Positions 20,890 through 32,388 are shown, numbered from the stretch's first letter. The stretch is DNA of 64,000 bases from Nitrosopumilaceae archaeon (GCA_965200155.1 CBDATR010000010.1:352001-416000), one strand, 5' to 3'. A program made the numbers and translations. The notes: generated by a model not told the origin, from the sequence alone.

Positions 20890-22446
20890 ATGCCTGTAAC
20901 AATGAAATCTAAGAACCACAAGTATGCTCTAGTACTTGTGGCCGCAATTGCTGTCGTGGCAGCTGGCGCAATGTCAGAGGCCTTTGCACAACAAGTTACT
21001 GACGGAATGGACGGATACGTGCTTGGGACTAGTGGAATATACACTGGAAACGAGAATGAATGCTGGTATGAAGAAGATGGAGGTATGCTTCCCTGTAGGA
21101 TAGACACAGGAGATACTGCATGGATGCTGACCGCGTCCTCACTGGTACTCTTTATGAGCCCCGGTGTAGCGTTCTTCTATGGCGGTCTTGCAAGAAGCAA
21201 GAACATCAACAACGTACTGGGTATGGTACTGATAATAATGGGTATCATTGCAGTTCAATGGGTTGTATATGGATACTCCTTGGCGTTTGGTCCAGGGGGC
21301 AATCTTTTCATGGGCAACCTAGACTACGCAGGACTGAACCAGGTCTCCCACTATGCACCACTGGGCGCCGCCGGACCCTGTACCGATACATGGTCTGCAG
21401 CGTATCAGATGCAGGTATTCCACGAAGATGAAGTGTGTAGTCAAGACTGGCCCGGAACAATCCCCCATGCTCTGTTCATGGCGTTCCAGGGAACCTTTGC
21501 AATCATCACCCCAATACTCATTGTAGGTGGTCTGATTGACAGGATCAAATTCAGTGCACTGATAATATTCACACTACTCTGGGCTACCTTCGTCTACGAT
21601 CCTATTGCCCACTGGGTATGGGGTGGTGGCGTAATAGCCTCGTTAGACTTCGACCCGAATCTTAGTCCGTCAGGAGCGCTTGACTTTGCAGGTGGAACTG
21701 TGGTACACATATCCTCAGGATTCTCTGCACTGGCTGGTGCACTGCTGTTGGGCAGGAGGCTGGGCTATGGCAAGGTACCCATGGAGCCACACAATGTTCC
21801 CATGGTAGTACTTGGCGCATCCATACTCTGGTTTGGCTGGTTTGGCTTTAATGCTGGTAGCGAAGTCATGGTAGACGGTATTACCGTAATGGCGTGGGTT
21901 GTGACCAACATTGCAACCGGCATGGCTGTCGTAACTTGGGTACTCATGTCTTGGGCTCACACTGGAAAGCCAAGCATTGTTGGAGCGGCAACCGGTGCGG
22001 TCGCAGGATTGGTAACCATTACACCAGCCTCTGGTTGGGTAGGGCCTATGGCAGCAATAATAATGGGTATTGCAGCTGGAACTGTCTGTTATGCGGCGGT
22101 AGCCTTCAAGAACGCCCGTAAATGGGACGACGCCCTGGATGTCTGGGGTGTACACGGAATTGGCGGCCTAACCGGTGCTATACTTACAGGAACACTCGCT
22201 AGTCCACACGTTTGGGATACCGGTGACGGTATTGGCGCATGGACTGGTACACCCGAAGGTATGGAAACACAAGCACTCAGCATTACCGGAGCAGCAATAT
22301 CTATAGGATATGCATTTGGTCTGACTATAGTAATCCTAAAGATAATGGACCTTGTCTGGCCAGGTGGGATCAGAGTCACTCCAAAAGAAGAGGAGGTTGG
22401 CTTGGATATTGCACAACATGGCGAGAGAGCCTACGTCAACGAATAG
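20890..22446 (+). CDS. amt: Ammonium transporter
   Basis: DTAWML, FFYGG, DFAGGTVVH, WFGWFGFNAGS, DDALDVWGVHG. Confidence 0.97.
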   Translation: MPVTMKSKNHKYALVLVAAIAVVAAGAMSEAFAQQVTDGMDGYVLGTSGIYTGNENECWYEEDGGMLPCRIDTGDTAWMLTASSLVLFMSPGVAFFYGGLARSKNINNVLGMVLIIMGIIAVQWVVYGYSLAFGPGGNLFMGNLDYAGLNQVSHYAPLGAAGPCTDTWSAAYQMQVFHEDEVCSQDWPGTIPHALFMAFQGTFAIITPILIVGGLIDRIKFSALIIFTLLWATFVYDPIAHWVWGGGVIASLDFDPNLSPSGALDFAGGTVVHISSGFSALAGALLLGRRLGYGKVPMEPHNVPMVVLGASILWFGWFGFNAGSEVMVDGITVMAWVVTNIATGMAVVTWVLMSWAHTGKPSIVGAATGAVAGLVTITPASGWVGPMAAIIMGIAAGTVCYAAVAFKNARKWDDALDVWGVHGIGGLTGAILTGTLASPHVWDTGDGIGAWTGTPEGMETQALSITGAAISIGYAFGLTIVILKIMDLVWPGGIRVTPKEEEVGLDIAQHGERAYVNE

Positions 22447-22538
22447 ACATATCAAATTATTTTACTATTTATGATCTGTGCCCTATTGGTGCTTGTCGTA
22501 TGTGTCTTCACTAGAATTTCAGACTCCCATGGGCTCGC

Positions 22539-22713
22539 CTAGTGACGTGACCGTTTAGGTCACTCCGAATTAATGTGCGTTTTCATGGCACAAAATCCGG
22601 TAAGTAAAAACAAACCGGTAGGGGATGGTCCCAACCAGCCCTGACTGTGGTTGCAAATGTCGTGCATTGAAATAACAGGATTTAGTCCGTTTCTTGGACG
22701 GTTACGTCACTAG
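22539..22713. mobile_element. MITE-like element, family B related
   Basis: 16-bp TIR CTAGTGACGTGACCGT/ACGGTTACGTCACTAG (1 mismatch); internal segment shared with 46966-47045. Confidence 0.7.
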
Positions 22714-22756
22714 ACTAATATCAATGTGGTTGTAGAATACGCGCCTCTGACTTGTA

Positions 22757-24856
22757 CTAGCGTTTCTTCCAGTAGAATTGGTTGTATATGAGCTCTGGTC
22801 GTATGGCCCGGAAGGGCTGGGCGCCTCCATCATACCATTTTGTAAAGAACTCGTATAGGTGAAGCCGCAGAGACTGTATGTAGACGATAAGCCCCTCTAT
22901 CATCATTATTCCCAAGTTTCCGCCCACTATCATGGCTATGGCTCCCACGGATCCTGCGCCGCCGAGCGATACATACGCGTTATTGACTGTAAGCAGCAGC
23001 GCGGCATGGACAAGCAACATTATTCCCAACCGGGCATAGCTTATGGTGTGCGCCAGGCTCTCCACAGTCTTGCCCAGAAAGACCTCCATTACGACATTGG
23101 CGGTGCTTCCGCCATCCTCGGGGTGCCTCTTGGCGTGCAGTATGCCTCCAACCATCATTATCGCCATGGACCCTATGACTATTACCACGGCTATTCTGGT
23201 CACAATCCATACGGTGGCCCACTCGCCCAAGAACATGGTTACCCATGGGACCGGTTCGTTGTGTATGCGTGAGTACATGTTCATCACGTCATACTGGGCT
23301 CCGATGGCACACATTATGATCACCACAATGCCTCCGTACAGGGTAATGTTGGGTATGGATTCCATGAATGCCACCATCTTGTGTCCTGCCTTCAATTGTC
23401 GTCGGACCCGCAGTATCATGGCCCACACTAGGTGTACTATTCCGAGGAATAGCGAGACTTTGAGTATGTCTATGACCTGCTCAAAGGTCAGCTCCGCTAC
23501 ACTAAGTATGCCTACCAGCCAGGATACGGCATGCAGGGGTCCGCCCTCTTTCAGGAGGCTCGCAAAGGGCTCAAAGTAATCTATATGATAGCCAAACATC
23601 TCGCCTGCCCCTACGCCTGCAATGGCCGAGGCGGCTCCAGATATTCCAATTAGCATGCCCCATCTAGAGAGTGTACCCTGTCCCTTTACCTTGAAGAGCA
23701 ATCCCATGCCCATAAGGAGCAGACCGTGTCCCAAGTCTGCAAACATAATTCCGTAGAATATGGGCCACATGAGCGCAATCATTGGGGTGGGATCAGTCTC
23801 TCCCTTCTTTGGTATACCCTGACTCTCGGTTATGACCTCGAAGGTGCGAACGAATCTCTTATTGTCAAATAATACCGGGGCATCTCGTATCAGTTTGGGA
23901 TCTGTAACATCCTCCACGATGGGGGTCCACTGTCCCATCTTCTCTTGGAACTTGGACTCCATCTTCTTTGGTATGTATCCCTGAATTACAGCAAAGTTCT
24001 TTGTACCGCCCGGCTTTCGTAGGGTCTCCAATACATCTTTGGCTATCTTTGCCTCCTCGTGTATTGTGAGTATGTCTCTTCTGAGACTTTTTCTCATGCC
24101 TGACAGCTTCTTTTCCGCGGCGGTTTTCTTTTTGGTGACCTCTTCTATCTTCTCGACCAGCATACTATATGCCTGACTGGGAACTTGAGGCAACCCCTGA
24201 GGGATAGCAAAGGTTGCTGCACCAAACCCGCGAAACACCTTGAGTACTGTCTCCGCGCTGTTTGCATCGGACACGACCAGTACTGCTGCCTTGTCCTTGG
24301 ACTGGAGATCATACCTGTATAGGGTCGTACCTTCCAGTGACCGTGCAATCTCGTCGTAGTCCTTGGATTCTATTATGAACAGGTTTGTGTAAAAGTATCT
24401 CATAAGACCAAAACCGCTGAGATCCATGTCTAACTTTGCGGCTACCTCCATTGTATCCTTGATGGAGCGATACTCGTCCAGGGCACGGCTATTGTCGGCT
24501 ATCTCCTGTAGCAGATCCGATGCCTCTGATATTATGCTGGGCGCTCTGCTGGATAGGTCGTCCACTATATCTCGTATCTGGTACAGCTCATAACTCTTGG
24601 GCTTAATCATAGTGCCCTTGAATAGTATCTCTATCATGCCAACCCTTGCGGGTACTTGTAGCCCCTTGACCACATCGTCAATGGACTGAAATATCTTTTG
24701 CGCCTCTAGCAAAAGATCATCCACCTCCGGAGTAACTAGATCTCCCTCGCTGTCTATCTTGTGGAACCATTCAAACTCCGTAAGCCTGGAGATAGCCATG
24801 GGCGACTCGCTTCTGGGCAGTATCACAGTACCTAGCCGCAGATCTGCTATAGCCAT
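22757..24856 (-). CDS. atpI: A/V-type ATP synthase subunit I (a)
   Basis: GIMFADLGHG, SYARL, LRLHLYEFFTKWY. Confidence 0.95.
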   Translation of the reverse strand: MAIADLRLGTVILPRSESPMAISRLTEFEWFHKIDSEGDLVTPEVDDLLLEAQKIFQSIDDVVKGLQVPARVGMIEILFKGTMIKPKSYELYQIRDIVDDLSSRAPSIISEASDLLQEIADNSRALDEYRSIKDTMEVAAKLDMDLSGFGLMRYFYTNLFIIESKDYDEIARSLEGTTLYRYDLQSKDKAAVLVVSDANSAETVLKVFRGFGAATFAIPQGLPQVPSQAYSMLVEKIEEVTKKKTAAEKKLSGMRKSLRRDILTIHEEAKIAKDVLETLRKPGGTKNFAVIQGYIPKKMESKFQEKMGQWTPIVEDVTDPKLIRDAPVLFDNKRFVRTFEVITESQGIPKKGETDPTPMIALMWPIFYGIMFADLGHGLLLMGMGLLFKVKGQGTLSRWGMLIGISGAASAIAGVGAGEMFGYHIDYFEPFASLLKEGGPLHAVSWLVGILSVAELTFEQVIDILKVSLFLGIVHLVWAMILRVRRQLKAGHKMVAFMESIPNITLYGGIVVIIMCAIGAQYDVMNMYSRIHNEPVPWVTMFLGEWATVWIVTRIAVVIVIGSMAIMMVGGILHAKRHPEDGGSTANVVMEVFLGKTVESLAHTISYARLGIMLLVHAALLLTVNNAYVSLGGAGSVGAIAMIVGGNLGIMMIEGLIVYIQSLRLHLYEFFTKWYDGGAQPFRAIRPELIYNQFYWKKR

Positions 24857-25152
24857 ACTATACTCAGGCCAACCACATTGTGTTTAATATCTTTCGAAAA
24901 ATTACAAATCGCATAACTGCAGATTCTCATCACACTGGACCCTGACTTGGTGATCAGTACCGGGATGGATGCCTGGTCTCCTGTTCTGGGCAACCAGAAC
25001 CTGGACTGGCGTATTTTGCAACTGATCAGTATTCTATCATCATAATGATCTCTACAAATTCATATCCGGGCTTTTGTCTTGTGCGGCCTGAACTGTCACT
25101 CACAGACGCTTCACTCCAAACATTAAAATCCATTTGACAGGTCACCGCATTC

Positions 25153-25743
25153 ATGCTTGTGAATCTAGAACAGACGGTGGATAAGATACTAGATCAAACT
25201 CATCAAAATATAGAGTCGCGTCTATCTGAATCGTTACAGGAATCACGCCAGAAACTTGATGGGGCACTTGTAGGCTTGGAAGCCGAGTATAATCGCATAA
25301 TATCTGATGGCAAGAAGGAGGCAGACAAGATAGAGAAGCAGATAGTAGGTAGCTCGGACTTGGAGGCACGTAACAAGGAACTCCTACTAGTCGAGGAGGC
25401 GGTAAACCGCGCCTTTGATTATGCGTTACGTAGACTGTCCCAGACTGACAGGGATGGCTCCTATACAGATTTGGTAGAATCACTATTACAGGAGGCCGTG
25501 GATGCCCTGGGGTCTGCCGATGTATTGGTATACACTAGCCCCGCGGACAAGGACGCAGTGCTGGTGGCCATGGAGAAGTTTCCTGATGCTAGATTCGCTG
25601 AGGAGATACAATGTTTGGGCGGCGTCAGGGTCGTATCCGGCGATGGTACAATGACATTTGATAACACCCTGGATGCTAGAATATCACGTTTAAAGCCTTT
25701 AATTAGGAAAAAAATTGCCGCTAAGTTCGAGGTGACACAGTAA
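25153..25743 (+). CDS. atpE: ATP synthase subunit E
   Basis: Coiled coil + CLGGV..FDNTLDAR; operon position. Confidence 0.9.
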   Translation: MLVNLEQTVDKILDQTHQNIESRLSESLQESRQKLDGALVGLEAEYNRIISDGKKEADKIEKQIVGSSDLEARNKELLLVEEAVNRAFDYALRRLSQTDRDGSYTDLVESLLQEAVDALGSADVLVYTSPADKDAVLVAMEKFPDARFAEEIQCLGGVRVVSGDGTMTFDNTLDARISRLKPLIRKKIAAKFEVTQ

Positions 25744-27516
25744 ATGGTTGCACAGGGACGTATAGTATGGGTCAGTGGGCCTGCAGTAAGGGCGGACGGA
25801 ATGTCAGACGCCAAGATGTATGAGACCGTCATTGTGGGCGAGGCACGGCTTATAGGCGAGGTTATACGACTGACCGGCGATGTGGCCTTCATACAGGTAT
25901 ACGAGTCCACCAGCGGTCTCAAACCCGGTGAGCCTGTGGTGGGTACAGGAAACCCTCTGAGTGTGTTACTAGGACCAGGTATAATCGGACAAATATACGA
26001 TGGCATACAGAGGCCGCTTAAGGATCTCTCCAAGGCTTCGGGCTCTTATATTGGCCGTGGTATAACTACCACCCCTGTGGATTTGTCCAAAAAGTATCAC
26101 TTCGTGCCCAGTGTAAAAGTGGATCAAGAGATAAGCGCAGGTAACATAATCGGCGTAGTCCAGGAAACGGATCTAATAGATCATCCTATAATGGTACCAC
26201 CGGATCATGCAGGAGGCAAGATTGTCAATGTCGTTAGTGAGGGTGACTATGACTTGGAGACAGACTTGGTTACTGTGGAACGGGATGGTCAGTCCACAAC
26301 GCTAAAGATGTATCATAAATGGCCCGTACGAAAACCCCGTCCATTCAGGACCAGATATGATCCTACTATACCATTGCTTACTGGTCAGCGAGTAATTGAT
26401 ACATTCTTCCCCATAGCAAAGGGGGGTACAGGTTCCATTCCTGGCGCCTTTGGTACGGGCAAGACCGTGACGTTGCACCAGATAGCAAAATGGGCCGATT
26501 CCCAGGTTGTTGTGTATATTGGATGTGGTGAGAGGGGTAATGAAATGACCGAGGTATTGGTAGAGTTCCCCCATCTCAAGGACCCGCGCACCGGCAAGCC
26601 CCTGATGGATCGTACTGTTCTTGTGGCAAATACAAGTAATATGCCAGTAGCAGCCAGGGAGGCTAGCATTTACACCGGCGTGACCATAGCCGAGTACTAT
26701 CGTGATATGGGCAAGGATGTCGTGCTTGTAGCAGACTCCACTAGCCGCTGGGCTGAGGCTCTACGAGAGATGAGTGGAAGGCTTGAGGAGATGCCTGCCG
26801 AGGAGGGTTATCCGTCATACCTTGCGTCCAGACTAGCAGAGTTCTATGAACGGGCAGGCCGTGTTCGCGCCACGGGCAGCCCTGACAGGGACGGTTCTGT
26901 GACACTGGTCGGTGCGGTTTCCCCGTCTGGTGGTGACTTTACCGAACCTGTGACTACCCACACCATGAGATTCATCAAGACATTCTGGGCACTGGATGCA
27001 AAACTGGCATATTCCAGACACTATCCGTCCATCAACTGGATGAATAGCTACTCTGGATATCTGGCAGATATTGCAAAGTGGTGGAGCCAGAATGTAAGCG
27101 AAGACTGGCTTACACTACGGGGCGAGGCCTATGCGATACTACAGCGTGAGGACACGCTAAAAGAAGTGGTAAGACTATTGGGCCCTGAGGCACTCCCGGA
27201 TGAGCAAAAGCTCATACTGGAAGTGGCTCGTATGATAAAGATAGGCTTGCTTCAGCAGAACTCCTTTGATGACGTAGATACGTATTGCGGAGTGCAAAAG
27301 CAGTATCAATTACTCAAATTACTGGTTGACTTTTACAAGAGGGGTCAGCAAGCCATCAAGGAGGGCTCTACCATATCTGGCATACAGTCTATGCCCGTTA
27401 TCAGTAATCTTCTGAAAGCCCGGATGGATGTCAAGGATGATGAATTAGAAAAACTGAACCAGCTAGATACATTGATGAAGGAACAGTTCAAGGGTTCACT
27501 GGTGGTAAAGAATTGA
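25744..27516 (+). CDS. atpA: ATP synthase subunit A
   Basis: [27 protein letters not shown]. Confidence 0.97.
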   Translation: MVAQGRIVWVSGPAVRADGMSDAKMYETVIVGEARLIGEVIRLTGDVAFIQVYESTSGLKPGEPVVGTGNPLSVLLGPGIIGQIYDGIQRPLKDLSKASGSYIGRGITTTPVDLSKKYHFVPSVKVDQEISAGNIIGVVQETDLIDHPIMVPPDHAGGKIVNVVSEGDYDLETDLVTVERDGQSTTLKMYHKWPVRKPRPFRTRYDPTIPLLTGQRVIDTFFPIAKGGTGSIPGAFGTGKTVTLHQIAKWADSQVVVYIGCGERGNEMTEVLVEFPHLKDPRTGKPLMDRTVLVANTSNMPVAAREASIYTGVTIAEYYRDMGKDVVLVADSTSRWAEALREMSGRLEEMPAEEGYPSYLASRLAEFYERAGRVRATGSPDRDGSVTLVGAVSPSGGDFTEPVTTHTMRFIKTFWALDAKLAYSRHYPSINWMNSYSGYLADIAKWWSQNVSEDWLTLRGEAYAILQREDTLKEVVRLLGPEALPDEQKLILEVARMIKIGLLQQNSFDDVDTYCGVQKQYQLLKLLVDFYKRGQQAIKEGSTISGIQSMPVISNLLKARMDVKDDELEKLNQLDTLMKEQFKGSLVVKN

Positions 27517-28904
27517 GTAGCACTGGCGGTATACAATATAGCAAGATAGCCGAGATTAAGGGTCCCCTGGTTGTGGTAGATGATGTGGAGAACGCGGCTT
27601 TTGATGAGCTGGTTGAGGTGGAGACCGGTGACGGTGAGCGACGACTGGGCAAGGTTTTGGAAGTAGGCAATGGCAAGGCTATCGTGCAGGTATTTGAGGG
27701 AACCACTGGTTTGTCCATATCCGGAACATCTGCCCGCTTTGTGGGTCGAGTGATGGAGATGCCTGTATCTAAAGAGGTACTGGGGCGTGTATTTGACGGC
27801 TTGGGTAGACCCAAAGACAATCTGCCTGACCCAATCGCGGACAAATTCTTGGACATCAATGGCGCTCCCATGAACCCGGAGCAGCGGGAGTATCCCAAGG
27901 ACTTTATCCAGACGGGTGTCTCAGTTATTGATGGAATGATTACGCTTGTACGGGGACAGAAATTGCCAATATTCTCCGGCTCCGGCATGTCTCATAACAT
28001 CCTGGCTGCACAGATAGCCCGGCAAGCCACCGTGGTCGGCAAGAGCGAGGAATTTGCGGTGGTTTTTGCTGCCATCGGGGTGCAGTACAGTGAGGCAGAA
28101 TACTTCCGCCGAACGCTGGAAGAATCCGGGGCTCTGAAGCGCAGTGTACTTTTCCTAAATGTGGCCGATGATCCTGCCATTGAGCGTATAATTACGCCTA
28201 GAGTGGCGTTGACGGTAGCCGAGTACATGGCGTTTGAGCTTGGCATGCACGTGCTTGTAATACTAACTGACATGACCAATTACGCTGAGGCTCTTCGGGA
28301 GATCAGTGCGGCCCGGGAAGAGGTTCCTGGCCGTAAGGGTTATCCCGGATACCTGTACACGGACCTCTCCACCATATATGAGAGAGCAGGCAAGCTGACG
28401 GGCCGCCCTGGCAGTGTAACGCAAGTGCCCATACTCTCCATGCCATCCGATGATATAACACACCCGGTTCCAGATCTTACCGGATACATAACCGAGGGAC
28501 AAATTGTTCTGGGCAGGGATCTCTTCCGGCAGGGTGTATATCCGCCTGTAAGCATACTCATGAGTCTATCCAGGCTCATGAAGGACGGTATTGGTGCTGG
28601 CCGGACCCGGGATGACCATGGTGAGGTGTCCAACCAGAATTATGACTCCTACTCCAGAGCCCAGGAGGTACGGGCCCTGGCAGGCATAGTGGGCAAGGCC
28701 GGTCTTACCGAGATTGATCTCAAGTATATGGATGTGGGAGATATCTTTGAGAAGGAGTTTCTGACTCAGGCTGTAGACGAGAACCGCAATCTTGATGAAT
28801 CTCTCTCGTTACTATGGAAGGTAGTCTCCAGTTTGCCCACTACGGAGCTGACAAAAATAAAGGACAAGTATGTTGAAAAGTACTACCAGGGAAAAGAATC
28901 CTAA
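27513..28904 (+). CDS. atpB: ATP synthase subunit B
   Basis: [22 protein letters not shown]. Confidence 0.97.
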   Translation: MSSTGGIQYSKIAEIKGPLVVVDDVENAAFDELVEVETGDGERRLGKVLEVGNGKAIVQVFEGTTGLSISGTSARFVGRVMEMPVSKEVLGRVFDGLGRPKDNLPDPIADKFLDINGAPMNPEQREYPKDFIQTGVSVIDGMITLVRGQKLPIFSGSGMSHNILAAQIARQATVVGKSEEFAVVFAAIGVQYSEAEYFRRTLEESGALKRSVLFLNVADDPAIERIITPRVALTVAEYMAFELGMHVLVILTDMTNYAEALREISAAREEVPGRKGYPGYLYTDLSTIYERAGKLTGRPGSVTQVPILSMPSDDITHPVPDLTGYITEGQIVLGRDLFRQGVYPPVSILMSLSRLMKDGIGAGRTRDDHGEVSNQNYDSYSRAQEVRALAGIVGKAGLTEIDLKYMDVGDIFEKEFLTQAVDENRNLDESLSLLWKVVSSLPTTELTKIKDKYVEKYYQGKES

Positions 28905-29537
28905 ATGTCGTTCGGGCAGAACGTTGCGGCTACTAAAATAGAACTACTAAAGTACAAGCGTTCCAGCCAAGTGGCTCTCATGGTACAAAAGATACTGGAC
29001 GATAAGCGCAAGGTACTGCTGAAGAATATAGAGGAGATGATACAGGCAGCCTCCAGCGCTCGGGGTGGCATATGGGATCCGCTTCAGGAGATATATTCAT
29101 CAGTGAACGAGGCATACCTTACCTTGGGGACCGGCACTGTGGATTCAGTCGCTGAGTCCACGCCGCCTGCAATGGAGGTAGATGTGAAGGTGCGCCGGGT
29201 CGTTGATGTGAAGGTACCGGTACTGACTGTGTCCGAAAAGGATACCAAGTCTGTACCCTACGGCTTTGCGGACACCAACTCCTCCATAGACCGCGCGGCC
29301 AAGCAGATAAAGATACTACTTCCCAAAATATGCAAGGCGGCCGAGTATGAAAACTCAATATTCAGTCTGGCAAAGGCATTGGAGAAAACCCAAAAGCTCC
29401 TTAATGCCTTGGAGAATGTGATAATCCCCCAATACCAGGAGCGGGTACGCTTTATACTGGCCACCCTGGAGGAGCGGGAGCGTGAGGAGTTTGCAAAACT
29501 CAAGAAATTAAAAGAGGCTATGGAGAAGCGAAAGTAG
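28905..29537 (+). CDS. atpD: ATP synthase subunit D
   Basis: NALENVIIP, LEEREREEF. Confidence 0.93.
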   Translation: MSFGQNVAATKIELLKYKRSSQVALMVQKILDDKRKVLLKNIEEMIQAASSARGGIWDPLQEIYSSVNEAYLTLGTGTVDSVAESTPPAMEVDVKVRRVVDVKVPVLTVSEKDTKSVPYGFADTNSSIDRAAKQIKILLPKICKAAEYENSIFSLAKALEKTQKLLNALENVIIPQYQERVRFILATLEEREREEFAKLKKLKEAMEKRK

Positions 29538-29538
29538 G

Positions 29539-29670
29539 ATGACAAAAGAGGATCTTGCTCAACTTCTTGCCAAATCCAAGGCAAATTTGGACAAGGAGCA
29601 TCAGGTCTTTGCCGAGTCCATTCGCAAGGATTTGGACTCCTTCAAGAAGAAGGCTATGTCGAAAATCTAG
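29539..29670 (+). CDS. Small helical protein (43 aa) in atp operon
   Basis: MTKEDLAQLLAKSKANLDKEHQVFAESIRKDLDSFKKKAMSKI, starts 1 bp after atpD stop. Confidence 0.6.
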   Translation: MTKEDLAQLLAKSKANLDKEHQVFAESIRKDLDSFKKKAMSKI

Positions 29671-29824
29671 TATCCCATGTTTTATTACTCCCGGCCCTGG
29701 CAGGCGGCGCGTACATGTACGGGTTCCCCGTGTGGCTGGGAAAAAGACGCACCATTATGGTGCATTCCAGAAGTCTGCGAGATACAAGTCAGGGATTGTA
29801 CGTGATATCCGGAGACTTGTGGTA

Positions 29825-30096
29825 GTATGAGTTCACGTCTTCCGGAATATTATGCACAAATCACATTAACTGTCGCGATCAGTTATGCGTAAATTTAGAC
29901 ACAGGTGAACTCATACAGATTAGTGGCCAGATAAAGGGTGGTGAAAGGGGCCATGCGCCGCATGTCCATATGTGTTCAGACATGGAGGGCTCAGGGCCTT
30001 TCTGTAATGAACGAGGTTGCTACCAGAATGCAATTATAATTAAAAAACTGGGATGCATTCTATCTTATTATGTGATCAAAACACGTGAACTCATAC
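29825..30096 (+). mobile_element. Composite: MITE A (29825-29916) + IS66 transposase 3' end + IS66 right TIR
   Basis: Perfect 8-bp flanks TTGTGGTA; ends TGATCAAAACACGTGAACTCATAC; cargo translates with frameshifts to ISGQIKGG..AMRRMS..CVQTWRAQG. Confidence 0.88.
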
Positions 30097-30341
30097 TTGT
30101 GGTAACCACTTACACCCTGTGATCGTTTAAGCCGCCCCACTCATGAATATTGGTTCTCTCCAGCCGCGTTCTTGGTAGCCGGTAAGACTTGCTGAGCATA
30201 TTTTGTCCTTTATTCCGTAAAGCGGTTCCCGTATTTGCAATCTGGGGGATGCCCGCAGTTGATCGTTTGCGTGACTTGGCTACTCACCGTATACTCATCA
30301 TTATGGTTTAAATTAGGACTTCGAGGGATGCTAACCCATAC

Positions 30342-30647
30342 ATGAAACCAATCTTCTTGGTACTTATGGTTGCTGGCATAGTGGCGAGCGCAAGTATGGC
30401 GGGAACCGCATACGCGCAAGAGGGCGATGCCAGCAGCTCTGACTCGTTTAAGATACTGGGTGCTGGTTTGGCATTTGGTTTGGCTGCATTTGGCGCAGGT
30501 ATAGGCTTGGGCCAGGCTGGCGCAGCGGGTCTTGCAGTTATTAGCGAAAACCCTGCACTACAGTCAAAGGTGTTCATTATAGTCGGTATGGTGGAATCCA
30601 TTGCCATATACGGTATTGTGATGATGTTCATCATATTGGGTCAGTAA
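30342..30647 (+). CDS. atpK: ATP synthase proteolipid subunit K (c)
   Basis: GAGLAFGLAAFGAGIG..VESIAIYG. Confidence 0.95.
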   Translation: MKPIFLVLMVAGIVASASMAGTAYAQEGDASSSDSFKILGAGLAFGLAAFGAGIGLGQAGAAGLAVISENPALQSKVFIIVGMVESIAIYGIVMMFIILGQ

Positions 30648-30715
30648 GCGATTTTTGTATAATTTTGGGATACTTGGGTATAGCCTCCCGGCTGATCATT
30701 CCACTACTAAAATGA

Positions 30716-31186
30716 CTAGTCTACTGACTGTCTTTGCGGCTGCTTCACGTCCAGCAGCCGACGGCAGTACCTGCACCGCAGTATCCTGCCTTCCCTGTCC
30801 ACCACATCCATTACGGGTTCAATCTGCTTGGTGCTGTTGCTGATACATTGGGGGTTGTTACAGCGGAATATCCTTTCTATCTCATTTGGTAGAGATACTC
30901 GCCGCTTCTCGGCCAGTTTAAAGTTGCGTATCTTGTTGATTGTGGCATGGGGCGCTATGACCGCCAACTTGTTGGTGTCATCCTCCTCCAGAAAGCGGTT
31001 CTCTACCTTTATGATGTCCTTCTTTCCAAACTTGCCGCTGGGCACATTCAACGCAATGGTTATGAGCCCTCCATCGGTGCCGTCTATATCTATCTCCTTG
31101 AGCACCCTGAGGCCCACGCCTGCATCTATGTGATCAATGACCGTTCCCTCCTTTATGCGCCGTACTAAAAGCTCTGAGCGCTCCAA
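30716..31186 (-). CDS. pyrI: Aspartate carbamoyltransferase regulatory chain
   Basis: IKEGTVIDHI, KKDIIKVE, CNNPQCI, RCRYC; TTG start inferred. Confidence 0.95.
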   Translation of the reverse strand: MERSELLVRRIKEGTVIDHIDAGVGLRVLKEIDIDGTDGGLITIALNVPSGKFGKKDIIKVENRFLEEDDTNKLAVIAPHATINKIRNFKLAEKRRVSLPNEIERIFRCNNPQCISNSTKQIEPVMDVVDREGRILRCRYCRRLLDVKQPQRQSVD

Positions 31187-31225
31187 TGTAAAAACGCGTA
31201 TATTTACCATTATATCACTTGATCC

Positions 31226-32161
31226 ATGAACCGGTTCTACGGCAAGGATATCATATCCATAATGGACATGTCCAAGGATGATCTGGAGACCGTCTTTGCC
31301 ACCACCGGTGATATTATGTTCATGCCCCCGGACCGGCGGCGGGAACTGTGTCGAGGTCGGACGCTGGGTTACCTCTTTTACGAACCCAGTACCCGAACGC
31401 GGCTTAGCTTTGAGGCGGCCATGGCCTCGCTGGGGGGCAACTCGCTGGGCCTCTCGGATATGGACAACTCCTCGATGCAGAAGGGTGAGAGCTTGGCTGA
31501 TACTGTGCGCATAATGTCCGGATACTGTGATGCCATGGTGCTTCGTCATCCCCTGGACGGCTCCAGCCGGTTCGCCGCGGAGGTATCCCCAAAGCCGATC
31601 ATAAATGGTGGCAGTGGTACAGAAGAGCATCCTACACAGGCGATGCTAGACCTGTACACCATAAAGCGTGATCTGGGACGGATAGACGGGCTTACCATCG
31701 GCATAATCGGGGATTTAAAGCACGGACGAACCGTTTACTCATTACTGTATGGACTGGCACGATACAATGTTCGGGTGCATCTTATATCACCTGAATCCCT
31801 GCGTATACGCTCGGACTCTACGTACGAGATAAAAAAACGGATAACCTACCATGAGACCGAGTACATTGATGACTGCATTGATGATCTTGATGTTCTATAC
31901 GTGACCCGAATACAAAGGGAGCGGTTCCCCGATACCGAGGAATACATCAAGGTGCGTGGCAGCTATGTTGTGGGTCTGGATATGCTGAGCCGCATGAAGG
32001 AGGACTCAATAATTATGCATCCGCTACCGCGACTGGATGAAATATCCCACGAGGTGGATGCATCGTCCAAAGCCAGATACTTTGAGCAGGCACAGTATGG
32101 AAAAGAGATACGGGCAGCCTTGTTACATCTATTGCTGAACCCGGATGCCGCCAGCAAGTGA
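31226..32161 (+). CDS. pyrB: Aspartate carbamoyltransferase catalytic chain
   Basis: FYEPSTRTRLSF, HPTQ, HPLPR. Confidence 0.97.
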   Translation: MNRFYGKDIISIMDMSKDDLETVFATTGDIMFMPPDRRRELCRGRTLGYLFYEPSTRTRLSFEAAMASLGGNSLGLSDMDNSSMQKGESLADTVRIMSGYCDAMVLRHPLDGSSRFAAEVSPKPIINGGSGTEEHPTQAMLDLYTIKRDLGRIDGLTIGIIGDLKHGRTVYSLLYGLARYNVRVHLISPESLRIRSDSTYEIKKRITYHETEYIDDCIDDLDVLYVTRIQRERFPDTEEYIKVRGSYVVGLDMLSRMKEDSIIMHPLPRLDEISHEVDASSKARYFEQAQYGKEIRAALLHLLLNPDAASK

Positions 32162-32388
32162 CCGTTTGGGTTACCGCCATTTCAGTGTGGCAATCGCGCT
32201 GCCACAACCAAAGTCTATTATGGCAGGGACCGGCGTAAGCAAATCTTGCTCTGGTGTCACATGGTGCTTGTGATGCACGGTAGGGAAGCATACGATGGTC
32301 ATTTCCGGTATGCTGTGTGTTTGGGTGCCTCCGAGCTTGACCTGTACATTTTATGGAATGGGGATAATCCGGGATGACTGACGGTTAC
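32158..32388. mobile_element. Degenerate family-B-like element
   Basis: GTGACCGT...ACGGTTAC ends. Confidence 0.45.

Noticed and set aside
31187-31630. N-terminal extensions of pyrI (also ubiB to 43893, cbiG from 47545, npdG and the phosphatase)
   Set aside because: They overlap neighbouring genes or a MITE; internal starts match family lengths better.
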